Source of the DNA: a virus
Direction: 5' to 3' (one strand)
Length of the DNA stretch: 64,000 nucleotides
Virus record (IMG/VR): IMGVR_UViG_3300037070_005035
Coordinates: 4,261 to 68,260 of that record
This document shows, piece after piece, positions 1 to 9,378 of the stretch (positions within the stretch are counted from its first letter, which is position 1; the number at the start of each line of letters is the position of its first letter). The position numbers and the translations under genes are program-made. The notes under the pieces were generated by a model. It ran no database searches, was not told the origin of the DNA, and saw nothing but the letters and a program-made list of their open reading frames with translations.

Positions 1-141
1 GTTCCAGCCATAAATCGAGCTAAGTCCGCCATAGGGCTGCGGGCCTGTCGCGCGGCACGTCTCGCAGATGACAACCGATCGGTCGGGGTCCAGGTGTAGG
101 TCATTTTCCCCGCAAAAGGGGCATGGAAAGAGGGCTGGCAT
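1..141 (-). CDS. Lar-like (restriction alleviation) zinc-ribbon protein, 3' end truncated by window
   Basis: Hand-translated from ATG at 141: MPALFPCPFCGENDLHLDPDRSVVICETCRATGPQPYGGLSSIYGWN; PCPFCG...CxxC-A-GP...WN pattern; absent from ORF track. Confidence 0.6.
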   Translation of the reverse strand, partial: MPALFPCPFCGENDLHLDPDRSVVICETCRATGPQPYGGLSSIYGWN

Positions 142-144
142 CCG

Positions 145-1914
145 TCAGTTCCTCTTGCATTGTCCTCTGGAAATAGACTCCCCCACACTGCCGTGGAGCT
201 GGTGATCGGCAATCGGTTCGTCCAGCACGGCGACAGTAACGCCACTCACTGGAGCATCCAGGTTGTTGCCAATGATATTCCCGGCCGTACCAGCGCCGTA
301 AGCACCGGGCAATGGAGTGGTCCAGGGATCACCAGCCGAACCAGCCGCGTTCAATGCCGCGCCAGTCGAGCCGGGTCCGAGATGACTAACGATCAGCTCG
401 TCCCAAACCTCATCCACGATCTGATCGATATCGGCTGCCGTCACGATCCAAGCCGCATCGCCTCGATCGCGAATGGCTTCCAGCGAATCGGTTGTCTGAT
501 CGTAAGTGAATGATCCAGCCGTCTTGGTCATCAACTCGTGAAACACACTGCCCACCGTTGGCGGAGCGGCTCCGTCGATATCCGAGTCCGCAGCCAGCAG
601 CTCATCCAGGCGGACGTCGGCCAGAGCGGTGTCGATCTCAGTATTGACCGATGCCTTCATAGTAGCCGTCAGGTCTCCAGCGGTCGGAGCATTGGTCAGA
701 TTTGTGACGGTGGTAATCGTGCCGGCCGTGATATTCGTCGTGTTCGCGATCGTACCGCCGGGGAAGGTCGCCGCCAGGAATCCGGTCGGCTGGGTGTAGG
801 TTGCCATGCGGCTGGAGATAGCCGCGTCTAGATTCGTGTTGACCAGACCCCAGATCGTATCTGTGTCGGCGACTGGATCGCCAATGGCTTGACCGAAACT
901 GCCTTGCGTCTGGTGACCAGTGGCATCCTCGTCCCAAACGGCGTCAGCAATATCCGCGACGGTTGGACCACCGAATCCAACTGCATCTGGGACACTCCTG
1001 AAGCCGACACCAGTACCGTTGCCGAGTCCGTTGAATCCATCGGAATCCGTGCCGCCGGTAGCGCAGATGCCATGCCCACCACCAGAAACGCCGCCAGCCG
1101 CCAATAGTCCATGAGTGGTACTCGATTGAAACGACACTGCCACACCCGCCGAATTGGTCACTAAAAACGCCGCTGTGGCTGACGATGAACCAAGTCGTAA
1201 CTTCGCCGTCGAGCCGCCGTGGTCGACACCATCCGCAAGCGTAACACCAGCCACGACCGAGCCCACGGAACCCGTCACATTTCCTCCAACGTTGCCAGTC
1301 ACCGAACCGACAGCACCGGTCACACTCGCTATGGTTACGTCGCTGGCGACCTTCGCGTCGGTAATTGCATTAGCTTGAATCGAAGCTGCGGTAATCACAT
1401 CCGTTGCCATGTCCACTGACCTCGTATCAACTCGACCGTTGGCGTCCTGATTGATTTGTCCAGCCCCCGTGCCGCGTGTGTAAAGTCCGCCAGCGGCTTC
1501 AGCGCTGGCGTTGGGCAAGGCCGTTAGCCCCATGCGAACCGTGTCGAACTTATCGACCGCCACAATTTCCAGTTCGATGGCTACCGGCGCCATGGCCGTT
1601 GCCCCTTTCAGCATGATCGTCAGCATGCCAGTAGCGGCAACCATCGTGTCGGACAGGTCCAGGCGGTACATGCCAGGCATATTGGCGCTTGACAACTCCA
1701 CGAAGCCCCCGTCGCTGTGCGCGCCGGTGACGGTTTGCGTCGCCAGTGTAAGTTGCGTGACGGCCCCCGTGGCACCCTTGCGGTAATAACAAACTAAGCT
1801 GGCCGTGTTGAACACTAAGCCCGTCAAACCAGCCCCGGTAGTCGATGTCGAATCGTTGACGAAGATGTCAATTGTTTGGTCGACAACACCAGCCTTGACT
1901 TCGCGTTTGGCCAT
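145..1914 (-). CDS. Virion structural protein with repeated (A/V)DxVWDE motifs
   Basis: 589 aa, Ala/Gly/Thr-rich; VTGxVG repeats; GDPWxTPLPGAYGAGTAG block shared with the ORF at the right window end. Confidence 0.6.
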   Translation of the reverse strand: MAKREVKAGVVDQTIDIFVNDSTSTTGAGLTGLVFNTASLVCYYRKGATGAVTQLTLATQTVTGAHSDGGFVELSSANMPGMYRLDLSDTMVAATGMLTIMLKGATAMAPVAIELEIVAVDKFDTVRMGLTALPNASAEAAGGLYTRGTGAGQINQDANGRVDTRSVDMATDVITAASIQANAITDAKVASDVTIASVTGAVGSVTGNVGGNVTGSVGSVVAGVTLADGVDHGGSTAKLRLGSSSATAAFLVTNSAGVAVSFQSSTTHGLLAAGGVSGGGHGICATGGTDSDGFNGLGNGTGVGFRSVPDAVGFGGPTVADIADAVWDEDATGHQTQGSFGQAIGDPVADTDTIWGLVNTNLDAAISSRMATYTQPTGFLAATFPGGTIANTTNITAGTITTVTNLTNAPTAGDLTATMKASVNTEIDTALADVRLDELLAADSDIDGAAPPTVGSVFHELMTKTAGSFTYDQTTDSLEAIRDRGDAAWIVTAADIDQIVDEVWDELIVSHLGPGSTGAALNAAGSAGDPWTTPLPGAYGAGTAGNIIGNNLDAPVSGVTVAVLDEPIADHQLHGSVGESISRGQCKRN

Positions 1915-1917
1915 AGG

Positions 1918-3063
1918 TTATCCTCGCACGCCTCCCACAAGTCCTGGATGTATAATCATTCCCCCCCCTCCAGAGGGATCGGCATGGCGCAGCGGTCCGA
2001 TGTCGGAATACCCTGTGCCAAATAATGTCACGCCGGGATAGCCGGCATTCCGGCACAACGCACCCTCGTTGGTGGTATTATCCAAGCTGAAGTCCGGCGT
2101 AGAGACGTTTGTCCATGGATCACCGGTAATGTCGACGTCGTTTACTCCAGTCGGCCAACCAATCCGTTTCGAACCCGTATGCGTCCCGTATGCGTTATTG
2201 GAATTCACGCAAGGAACGACCTTGCCAGCCGCGACGTTAACACCGTTTACGTTGTCATGAAAGATCGTATTCATGATGTTAAACGCAGCCAGTGTAGCCG
2301 TGTCCTTGTAGACACCCTGACTCGTATTGGAATAAATCGCGCAGCGGTCCAGACCTAACGCACCCTGTGAAAAGTGAATCGCCCGGTCGCAGTCGCGGAT
2401 AACCGATCCCATCACCGATACGTTCTGCGAAACAGTAGCATGTTCCGACTTGATGCCATCGCTTGTCACGTCGTGGATATAGCAGCTCCGAATCAGGCCC
2501 GAACCGGCACTAATCCAAATGCCGTGTTCATTGCAATTCTTGATTTCAGTTCTCTCGATTAACAGATTTGTGAATGTGTAAGTGACCAGAAAATTGCCGG
2601 AGAGGGCACTCTTTAGATTTTCAAAGACACAATCTGAAATCACCATCATGTTCGCGTTGCCTGTCCCGGCTGGAATGAAAGCGTTGCCTCGGGTGGCGTG
2701 CTGGTGATCGAATTTCAAATGCACAAAGCACAAGCCGGTCTTGCCACTGACGTCGAATAAATTGACGCCTGAACTGTTGCACGTGATCCTCGGCCTGCCG
2801 TCGTCGGCACCGGGCGTAGTCGTATATCCACGGTAAGTAATAGCGCCGTTGGTGGCGTTGCCGGAATTGGTGAAAACCTGGGCCGTTGTCAGCGTGTAAG
2901 TCGCGCTGGCCTTGATGTGGACCAAGTCCCCAGCAACCGCGATGGGAGTCCCCGCCGCCGTGTTCGCCGCCCGGTTGATCGTGGCCCAGGCATTACCGGC
3001 ACCGGCAGTAGTACCGGCATTGGCGTCGTTTCCCACCGCACCGTCAACGAAATATGTGGCCAT
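1918..3063 (-). CDS. Right-handed beta-helix (pectin-lyase-like) virion protein
   Basis: N-terminal YFVDGAVGNDANAG...AWATI motif and IxNC/GI repeats. Confidence 0.65.
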   Translation of the reverse strand: MATYFVDGAVGNDANAGTTAGAGNAWATINRAANTAAGTPIAVAGDLVHIKASATYTLTTAQVFTNSGNATNGAITYRGYTTTPGADDGRPRITCNSSGVNLFDVSGKTGLCFVHLKFDHQHATRGNAFIPAGTGNANMMVISDCVFENLKSALSGNFLVTYTFTNLLIERTEIKNCNEHGIWISAGSGLIRSCYIHDVTSDGIKSEHATVSQNVSVMGSVIRDCDRAIHFSQGALGLDRCAIYSNTSQGVYKDTATLAAFNIMNTIFHDNVNGVNVAAGKVVPCVNSNNAYGTHTGSKRIGWPTGVNDVDITGDPWTNVSTPDFSLDNTTNEGALCRNAGYPGVTLFGTGYSDIGPLRHADPSGGGGMIIHPGLVGGVRG

Positions 3064-3066
3064 CGA

Positions 3067-3387
3067 CTACTGCCCTGGTGAGACGATATGCACGGGCCGC
3101 ACGCAGCCATCCATGATCACCGGCCATTCGCCATTTCCTTCAATGAACGTGACAAAGGCCACCATGAATGCGTTGTACGCCAACACATCGTTGGAAGTCA
3201 TCAAATGCGGCGGTGCGTCGTCGCGCGCATCCGTCCAAGTGGGACTGGTCGTGAGATTGGCATAGACATCGTCGATCTGCGCCTGATCGTCTTTGCAGGC
3301 CAGATAGACATGCCGAAGTTGTTCGCATCGCACGCGAACCCGTTCGTTGACGAATTGTTGGACTTGCTCATTCGAGGCGGCAGCCAT
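3067..3387 (-). CDS. Hypothetical phage protein
   Basis: 106-aa ORF with GGAGG RBS, operon-packed. Confidence 0.6.
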   Translation of the reverse strand: MAAASNEQVQQFVNERVRVRCEQLRHVYLACKDDQAQIDDVYANLTTSPTWTDARDDAPPHLMTSNDVLAYNAFMVAFVTFIEGNGEWPVIMDGCVRPVHIVSPGQ

Positions 3388-3415
3388 TTAACCCTCCATG
3401 GTTAAGTTGTTTTAC

Positions 3416-3865
3416 TTACGGAGATTGTAACCGTTTCTCAATCGCCTCGCGGGTCTTCTCGTGCTCTTTCTGATTGTGATTTCGCACATCAACGCCATCT
3501 TTCAACAATGCCTCACGGGTCTTCCCGTGCTCAGACTGCATAACCGCCGTGGCTTCCAGCTCAGTCGAGGTAATCACTTCGCGGGTCTTAGAGTGCTCGG
3601 TCGTGAACGTCGCATTCAGCGCTTGCAACAGAGCTGGCAGTTGAGTGCTGTTCTCGGCGACCTTCTCAATCGATTTTGCCTGCATAGCATTCGTCGACTC
3701 GACGGAATCGATAAATTTATTCTGTCTTTCAATCATCGTGCTGCCCAGCACGTATACCACAAAGCCCAACGCGATACTCGTAAAAATCGGGAACCCCAAA
3801 TCTCGAATCGCGGACACCACGAGTTTTTGCTTCTCTTCATCTGGCATGTCGCCAAATCCAATCAT
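3416..3865 (-). CDS. Membrane protein, one TM plus coiled coil (holin-like candidate)
   Basis: IRDLGFPIFTSIALGFVVYVLG TM followed by helical region; start uncertain (track starts at 4021). Confidence 0.45.
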   Translation of the reverse strand: MIGFGDMPDEEKQKLVVSAIRDLGFPIFTSIALGFVVYVLGSTMIERQNKFIDSVESTNAMQAKSIEKVAENSTQLPALLQALNATFTTEHSKTREVITSTELEATAVMQSEHGKTREALLKDGVDVRNHNQKEHEKTREAIEKRLQSP

Positions 3866-4149
3866 GGAAAAAGTGTGTGAGCTATCCAAGCGGGTAACAA
3901 TTGAATTCAGTAGACCATGAACAGACGAATACCACCAACGTCTAGTTCGTTCCCGGTAACTTGAACTGCCCGACAACAAAGGCGAAAAATCCCGCCGCGA
4001 CTCCTTTTTCAATTTCATCATAGGATGGGTCCGATGCTAAAAACATCAACACCGCGATCGCGCAGATTGTGATCACGGCCAATTCCACCAAGCGAGCCCA
4101 CCACGGATTTGGCTTGACTATCTCATCCAGCTTCATTCGCCCCCCCCAT

Positions 4150-4398
4150 TCATTTTGCGTTTCTTGGGCCATCGTGCGTATCAATCCACCGCCCCAGCAA
4201 GATGAACATAAATGCGAAAATAGAAAGACAGACCGCCGAATTCGGCGCCATGCCCTCTATATGCTCATCACCCCAACGATACAGTACCTGCAATTCCAGC
4301 AAGTAACCAATCCAGGTGGTAAGGCAAATCACCCATACCACGACACTGCCGAAATATAAAACGCCAACAGTGAATTTACGCATGCCCCGACTTACCAT
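4150..4398 (-). CDS. Small two-TM membrane protein
   Basis: Two hydrophobic segments; overlaps neighbouring ORFs. Confidence 0.45.
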   Translation of the reverse strand: MVSRGMRKFTVGVLYFGSVVVWVICLTTWIGYLLELQVLYRWGDEHIEGMAPNSAVCLSIFAFMFILLGRWIDTHDGPRNAK

Positions 4399-4619
4399 TT
4401 AACAATTGGATGCCCCACAAACGCGAGTAGCACATTGATTATCAAGAGCACAGCACCTACGACTAAAATAACCCGCACAACCTTGTTGAAAGGCTCCGGC
4501 AGCTTCAAGTAGTCGCACAACCAGAATAACAATCCGAAGATCAATCCAAAAATAATCAGGTAGACAATGGTGTGGACGATCGCGGCGCCTTCGATTTGTA
4601 GCAGCAGCATGGATATCAC
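4392..4619 (-). CDS. Small two-TM membrane protein (Thivi_2564-like, holin candidate)
   Basis: IVYLIIFGLIFGLLFWL...LPEPFNKVVRVILVV pattern. Confidence 0.55.
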   Translation of the reverse strand: MISMLLLQIEGAAIVHTIVYLIIFGLIFGLLFWLCDYLKLPEPFNKVVRVILVVGAVLLIINVLLAFVGHPIVKW

Positions 4620-4969
4620 GATTTCCCCTGAAAGTAGTTCAAGACAATTTGAATCAAGGCTTGCACGACAAAATCCATCCGTGGTATGAAGTCCCCACCG
4701 CCAATTGATCTTGCCGCTTCTCTCGTGGGCATCTCTTTAGCTAGAAACTCGTCAATCGTCTTGGATAGCGCCGGGTCCGCGTCAACCTCGGTCTCCAGGC
4801 CACGACTCCCGAATACCATACCACCATGGCCTGACGAAAGTGCCAGCCAGCCGCCAGCAACATACTGTGCATGAGGCAAGGCTTCAGCAGTCAGCAACTT
4901 GCCTTGGCGCCACAGTGGGAACAGGTCATTCCGCAAGCAGTCTAGGATTTCTGGATAAGTCAGATTCAT
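4616..4969 (-). CDS. Hypothetical protein
   Basis: Start reassigned to ATG 4969 (MNLTYPEI) after AGAGAG. Confidence 0.5.
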   Translation of the reverse strand: MNLTYPEILDCLRNDLFPLWRQGKLLTAEALPHAQYVAGGWLALSSGHGGMVFGSRGLETEVDADPALSKTIDEFLAKEMPTREAARSIGGGDFIPRMDFVVQALIQIVLNYFQGKS

Positions 4970-5074
4970 TGGATTCTCTCTGATTGATGTCGTGATATAA
5001 TGGGCGAACCAAACGGGCGTTGAAGCACCCGTTGGTTCTGACCACAACTGTCCTTGAAACGGAAGGAGCTTGTC

Positions 5075-5566
5075 ATGGCTAAGCGCCAGTCTAACAAAAG
5101 TCGCGCTGACTCACTTGCAAAGCGATTCAAGAAACGCACATCAGACTCGCATTCAAACAATGGATGCATAATATGGCTTGGATGCTCGGACGGAAGATAC
5201 GGAAAAATCAACGACAACGCCACTCGCAAAATGCTTTACGCCCATAGGGTGGCCTACGAATTGAAGTTCGGACCAATTCCAGACGGAATGCATGTTCTTC
5301 ATAAATGCGACGTCCCGCTGTGCGTGAATCCAGATCATTTGTTTTTAGGAACCAACGACGATAATCATGCGGATTGCGTTACAAAAAATCGGCAATCAAA
5401 AGGCGAACATCGACCTAATTCAAAACTAACTGATCTGATTGTTGCGGAGATGCGAAAGCGACATTACGTGAACAAGGAAACAATTCGGTCTTTGGCAAGT
5501 GAATTTGGAGTCTGTCAGCAAACTGCGGAAAAGGCGATTTATGGACAAACATGGAAGCATGTCTAA
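5075..5566 (+). CDS. Free-standing HNH homing endonuclease with C-terminal HTH
   Basis: CIIW...YAHRVAYE...VLHKCDVPLCVNPDHLFLGTNDDN, then SKLT...LASEFGV; GGAG RBS; antisense to surrounding operon. Confidence 0.9.
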   Translation: MAKRQSNKSRADSLAKRFKKRTSDSHSNNGCIIWLGCSDGRYGKINDNATRKMLYAHRVAYELKFGPIPDGMHVLHKCDVPLCVNPDHLFLGTNDDNHADCVTKNRQSKGEHRPNSKLTDLIVAEMRKRHYVNKETIRSLASEFGVCQQTAEKAIYGQTWKHV

Positions 5567-6840
5567 ACGAGTGGCTTAGGGACAATGTTGTACACTCCGC
5601 TGCTCCCCACCTTTGGGATGACTATGTAGTAGTTTTGGTCTATCTTTAATTCACCACGAATCGCTATCTTGGCTCCTACTTGCTCCGCGTACAAGTCACC
5701 GGAGATGTTAACGCCGGGAGCGGGCGTTGGCCCTACGGCGGCAAATCCAACTGCCCAAGGCAGCCACGAATAATCAAGGCTAGCGTGTCGCACTATTTGC
5801 GATGCGGTCCAGACCCATGTCCCTTGTGGTTTTTCGCCATACAAATGTCGCGGCCAATACTCGTCAGCGCATTCACCCTTCCACCCCGCGCCCCATGTCT
5901 GTCCCATCAGCACGATACTGTCATCATCACCAATGACTGTTCCCACTTTATCCCTAAACCACTTCTTGCCTTCATCGCTATCGTCGCAGCCGACAAGGCT
6001 TTGCATGTGCGGGCCAACAGGCCCAACCACAAATGGTTTACTGCTGCCACTTGTTTTGGTGCCACTCGTATGCAACACGCCGCCAGCCGCACAAAGCTTT
6101 CGAATTTCTTTTACTCCACCCTGGAATTTCGTAATCGCCCCGTCCGCGTAAGCATGGTGGGCGGCGGTGTATTCCTTTATCCAACTCGGAATGCCAGTCC
6201 TGCACCACTGGCGGGCGACAATCCGTTCGTTCTCATCGTCGTCAGTAAAGTCGATTGAGTTACTAGCCAGGTCGTACTTGATTCGGAAAGCAACGCCAAC
6301 CCTGCGGGCCACCGTAGCAATTCCCGAGCCACTCCAACCGTCCGAACAATAGCCGCGATCGGCGTATTTATACCAAGCGCTGCAATGCTTAAACGTTTCT
6401 GGTTTATCGCCCCTAGCCGCCAGGGCTTCGGGGTGCGCCGCACGCCACCCAAATAGGGCAGTTTCGTGTTCACCACAAGAGGCATCAACACATGACCCAA
6501 AATCTTGCGCGTTGGAAAAAGGCTTTATTCCCTTGCCGTCCCACAACTCCAACGCATGCCTAAAATTCGCACTGCACTTACCAATCCCATCATCCGCCAA
6601 CAGCGGGGCCACATCGCCAAATAGCTTGATCCGGCCAGGGGTGTCATGCAGGAATTCGTCGGCTGTGAATTTAGCCGCGCGCCGGGACCACTCCGGATGT
6701 TCTTCGGTGTCCTGGAAAGCCCCGATGAAGTTCGATTTGTAGCAAGACTCCAGCAGCTCGGCCGAGTCGCCGTTGCCATTGGCAAACGCGATGTCGAAAC
6801 GGTTGGATTCCGGGATTATATCAGCAAGGAAATTACTCAC
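5563..6840 (-). CDS. Papain-like (peptidase C1-type) cysteine protease
   Basis: QDFGSC nucleophile motif, GPHMQSLVG His, MGQTWGAGW equivalent of NSWG-W. Confidence 0.6.
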   Translation of the reverse strand: MSNFLADIIPESNRFDIAFANGNGDSAELLESCYKSNFIGAFQDTEEHPEWSRRAAKFTADEFLHDTPGRIKLFGDVAPLLADDGIGKCSANFRHALELWDGKGIKPFSNAQDFGSCVDASCGEHETALFGWRAAHPEALAARGDKPETFKHCSAWYKYADRGYCSDGWSGSGIATVARRVGVAFRIKYDLASNSIDFTDDDENERIVARQWCRTGIPSWIKEYTAAHHAYADGAITKFQGGVKEIRKLCAAGGVLHTSGTKTSGSSKPFVVGPVGPHMQSLVGCDDSDEGKKWFRDKVGTVIGDDDSIVLMGQTWGAGWKGECADEYWPRHLYGEKPQGTWVWTASQIVRHASLDYSWLPWAVGFAAVGPTPAPGVNISGDLYAEQVGAKIAIRGELKIDQNYYIVIPKVGSSGVYNIVPKPLV

Positions 6841-7544
6841 GGCTTCAGCCTCGCAATCAGCTCCAGGATGATCTTGATGATTTCCAGAATCATTGCCAGA
6901 TCGATCGCCTGTACATCCGCAGGTACACTGGCTTCCAGTCCGTCCGAGACCTCAGTAAGAAGCTTCGCGTAATCCTGAACAGTCCCGCCCTCCTGGGCGA
7001 CGGCTACCCACAGCGTGCTGATCGCATCACGGGTTGGCTGCCACGCCGACCGGGCTACTGACGAGGTCAGCAATAGATCCGCGCCCGTGCGGACGCCGAA
7101 TAGCAACGCTTCCGGGCTCGTGATTTTCCCAGAGGCTACCTCTTTTGCCAAACCGTCGTAGAGTGCCGCTAGTTGCTGTGCATTCTTGGCTCGGTCGGGA
7201 TCGGAGACGATCAGGGCCAGTCGCTGGACCGTCTTGGCCCTCTCCGTCAACTCGACCGGGCCTGGCGGAGGGTTTGGCGGGCCTGGCGGCTTTCCAACTT
7301 CGACCACTTGTGCCGGTACAACGGATGCCACGCCGTTCTTAATGGTCAGTACATAAGTTCCATCAGTCTCGTACAAGACCACCACGGCCTTGGATTCCGA
7401 GTAGGCCGCGGAATTGACGGACAGGGCGACTAGAACCGCCAGGGTTTGCCGTAACGATGATTTCCGAATGACCAGCAGAGGAAATAAAAGCAGGCCACCA
7501 GCCCCGTCACGAACCCGATCAAGAACACTCCGATCAGCGACCAC
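6837..7544 (-). CDS. Putative exported protein with Pro-rich linker
   Basis: Hydrophobic N-terminus, KPPGPPNPPPGP linker, amphipathic C-terminus. Confidence 0.55.
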   Translation of the reverse strand: MVADRSVLDRVRDGAGGLLLFPLLVIRKSSLRQTLAVLVALSVNSAAYSESKAVVVLYETDGTYVLTIKNGVASVVPAQVVEVGKPPGPPNPPPGPVELTERAKTVQRLALIVSDPDRAKNAQQLAALYDGLAKEVASGKITSPEALLFGVRTGADLLLTSSVARSAWQPTRDAISTLWVAVAQEGGTVQDYAKLLTEVSDGLEASVPADVQAIDLAMILEIIKIILELIARLKP

Positions 7545-7667
7545 ATGACACCTTCCTTTTCATTGCCGAAAGATAAGCAATCCAATCCACAGTAGCAGCA
7601 ACACAATCAAAAGCAGCGAGGGCCAGGACATGGATATACATATAATGGGTGGCCTTGCGCCACCAGA

Positions 7668-9377
7668 TCAATGCTCCGTTCTTGACAATTCATACCAAGT
7701 TGTTGTACGCAAAATAAATATCATCCCGCAATGTCCGCTCGGTGTGAAGTTAGTCCCGCCAGCCAACTGGATATCGGCAGTGGAGTCCACAATCGTATCG
7801 TCACTGTCCAGCAACACATACAGGATCTGACCCTCAACGCCATTGATGAACTTATCAACAGTCGTAGGACCGGACGCCATGGTAATAAAACTCTTGTTGC
7901 TGACATCCAGGTCGTTTGAGCCATCCGGTGTCTGGGCTGGATTGTGTTCATGAACCACGGCATTGTGCAGATAGTTGCGATTTACTTCAGATCGCATTGT
8001 CTCCGCACCGCCAACAGAGATGCCAACTTGATCAGCCGCTGGAGAATAGACGCCAGTATTGGGATCGCCATTAAAAGACACTGACGGCGAACCGACTGTA
8101 CCCAGATGAAGAGTGCTGATTCGGTTATTCGTCATTGCTAGTGTCGTCGTGGCGATGTGATTGCCTAGGTTGTCGGCGCCGCCGACCTGCTCACGCCACA
8201 CCGAACCATCAAGTGCGAACAACCGCACGGCCGGACCAGCAATATTGGCACCGCTGATTGTCGCGATCGTCGCCCCATTATTGACCTGATGAGTACTGGC
8301 GATCAAAACGGTCAACTCCTGCCCTTCCACACCGCCCGTGAAGTTGGTGATCGCCGTCGTCCCGCCCGTCTTCACTCGCACCGAGCCCTGTGTGCTGGGT
8401 GTCGCGCTGTTGGCCATCGTGATCCAACGGAAGCCACCCATTCGCATCCAGGCCGACCAACTAGTTCCGTTGTGATTTCGCTGAGCGGTCATCATGACGT
8501 CGTTGGGACCATCAATTAGCTCCGCTTGCTGAAGTATGTTATTCGTCGATCCATTACTTTCCGCACGCACGGTAAGCCATACCGTATCGTCGATCAGCGT
8601 GTCAGGCTGATTGGAAAACCAGCTTGGACCATTGGCGATATTGTCGGCGGTAATCTCGAATCGGCCGGGAGTTAAATACGAATCCAAGGTAATGGTGGCG
8701 GATAGATCATGGATCAAATTTCCGCCAGGACCTTGTTCCATCCAGACCGTGCCATCCCGCACGAAGGCGCGCAGACCAGGACCATTGATAGCTGCCCCAT
8801 TCGTGGTGGCAATTGTGGCATTGTTGGCAATGGACTGACCAGCCGTAAGATCCACATACAGTAACTGCCCGTCGACACCGCCATTGAAATTCGTGACCTG
8901 GGTTGCACCTCCAAGCTTGACAGTAGTCAAACCCGCAACACTGGGCGTTGCTCCGTCGGGTAGCGTGGTCCAGGTAAAATCGATCGCTTGAGTACCCATC
9001 TGAAGAGTTGTGGTGGCGATGTGGTTGCCGAGATTGTCCGCACCGCCAGAGGTAACTGGTACCCAGCCGGTAGCAGCCGCCCCAGTTTCCTTCAGGTAGA
9101 GAATGGTTCCCGCAACACCGTCCGTTCGCATGTAGACCGAACCAACTGGTGCAGTGACCACAGTTTCCGGCGACCCCGTCCCCGCTGCGATCGTCGCACT
9201 GACGCCGTCGATCTGAACCACTCGGCCATTGGTATCGACCTTCATCAGATCCACGCCAGCCAGCGTTCGAATTGTGTAGGACGTGCCGCGATCCTCCAGG
9301 CGAAACCCAGTGCCGTGGTAAACGGACACGGCGCCCAGCGACGCAATAACAGCAAAAAACAGCAGCCAGCGTTTCAT
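7668..9377 (-). CDS. Tail-fibre-like protein with internal duplication and N-terminal signal peptide
   Basis: GTGSPETVVTAPVGSVYMRTDG module; GGADNLGNHIATTTL and ATPS...TNFxGGVxGQ repeated. Confidence 0.65.
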   Translation of the reverse strand: MKRWLLFFAVIASLGAVSVYHGTGFRLEDRGTSYTIRTLAGVDLMKVDTNGRVVQIDGVSATIAAGTGSPETVVTAPVGSVYMRTDGVAGTILYLKETGAAATGWVPVTSGGADNLGNHIATTTLQMGTQAIDFTWTTLPDGATPSVAGLTTVKLGGATQVTNFNGGVDGQLLYVDLTAGQSIANNATIATTNGAAINGPGLRAFVRDGTVWMEQGPGGNLIHDLSATITLDSYLTPGRFEITADNIANGPSWFSNQPDTLIDDTVWLTVRAESNGSTNNILQQAELIDGPNDVMMTAQRNHNGTSWSAWMRMGGFRWITMANSATPSTQGSVRVKTGGTTAITNFTGGVEGQELTVLIASTHQVNNGATIATISGANIAGPAVRLFALDGSVWREQVGGADNLGNHIATTTLAMTNNRISTLHLGTVGSPSVSFNGDPNTGVYSPAADQVGISVGGAETMRSEVNRNYLHNAVVHEHNPAQTPDGSNDLDVSNKSFITMASGPTTVDKFINGVEGQILYVLLDSDDTIVDSTADIQLAGGTNFTPSGHCGMIFILRTTTWYELSRTEH

Positions 9378-9378
9378 A

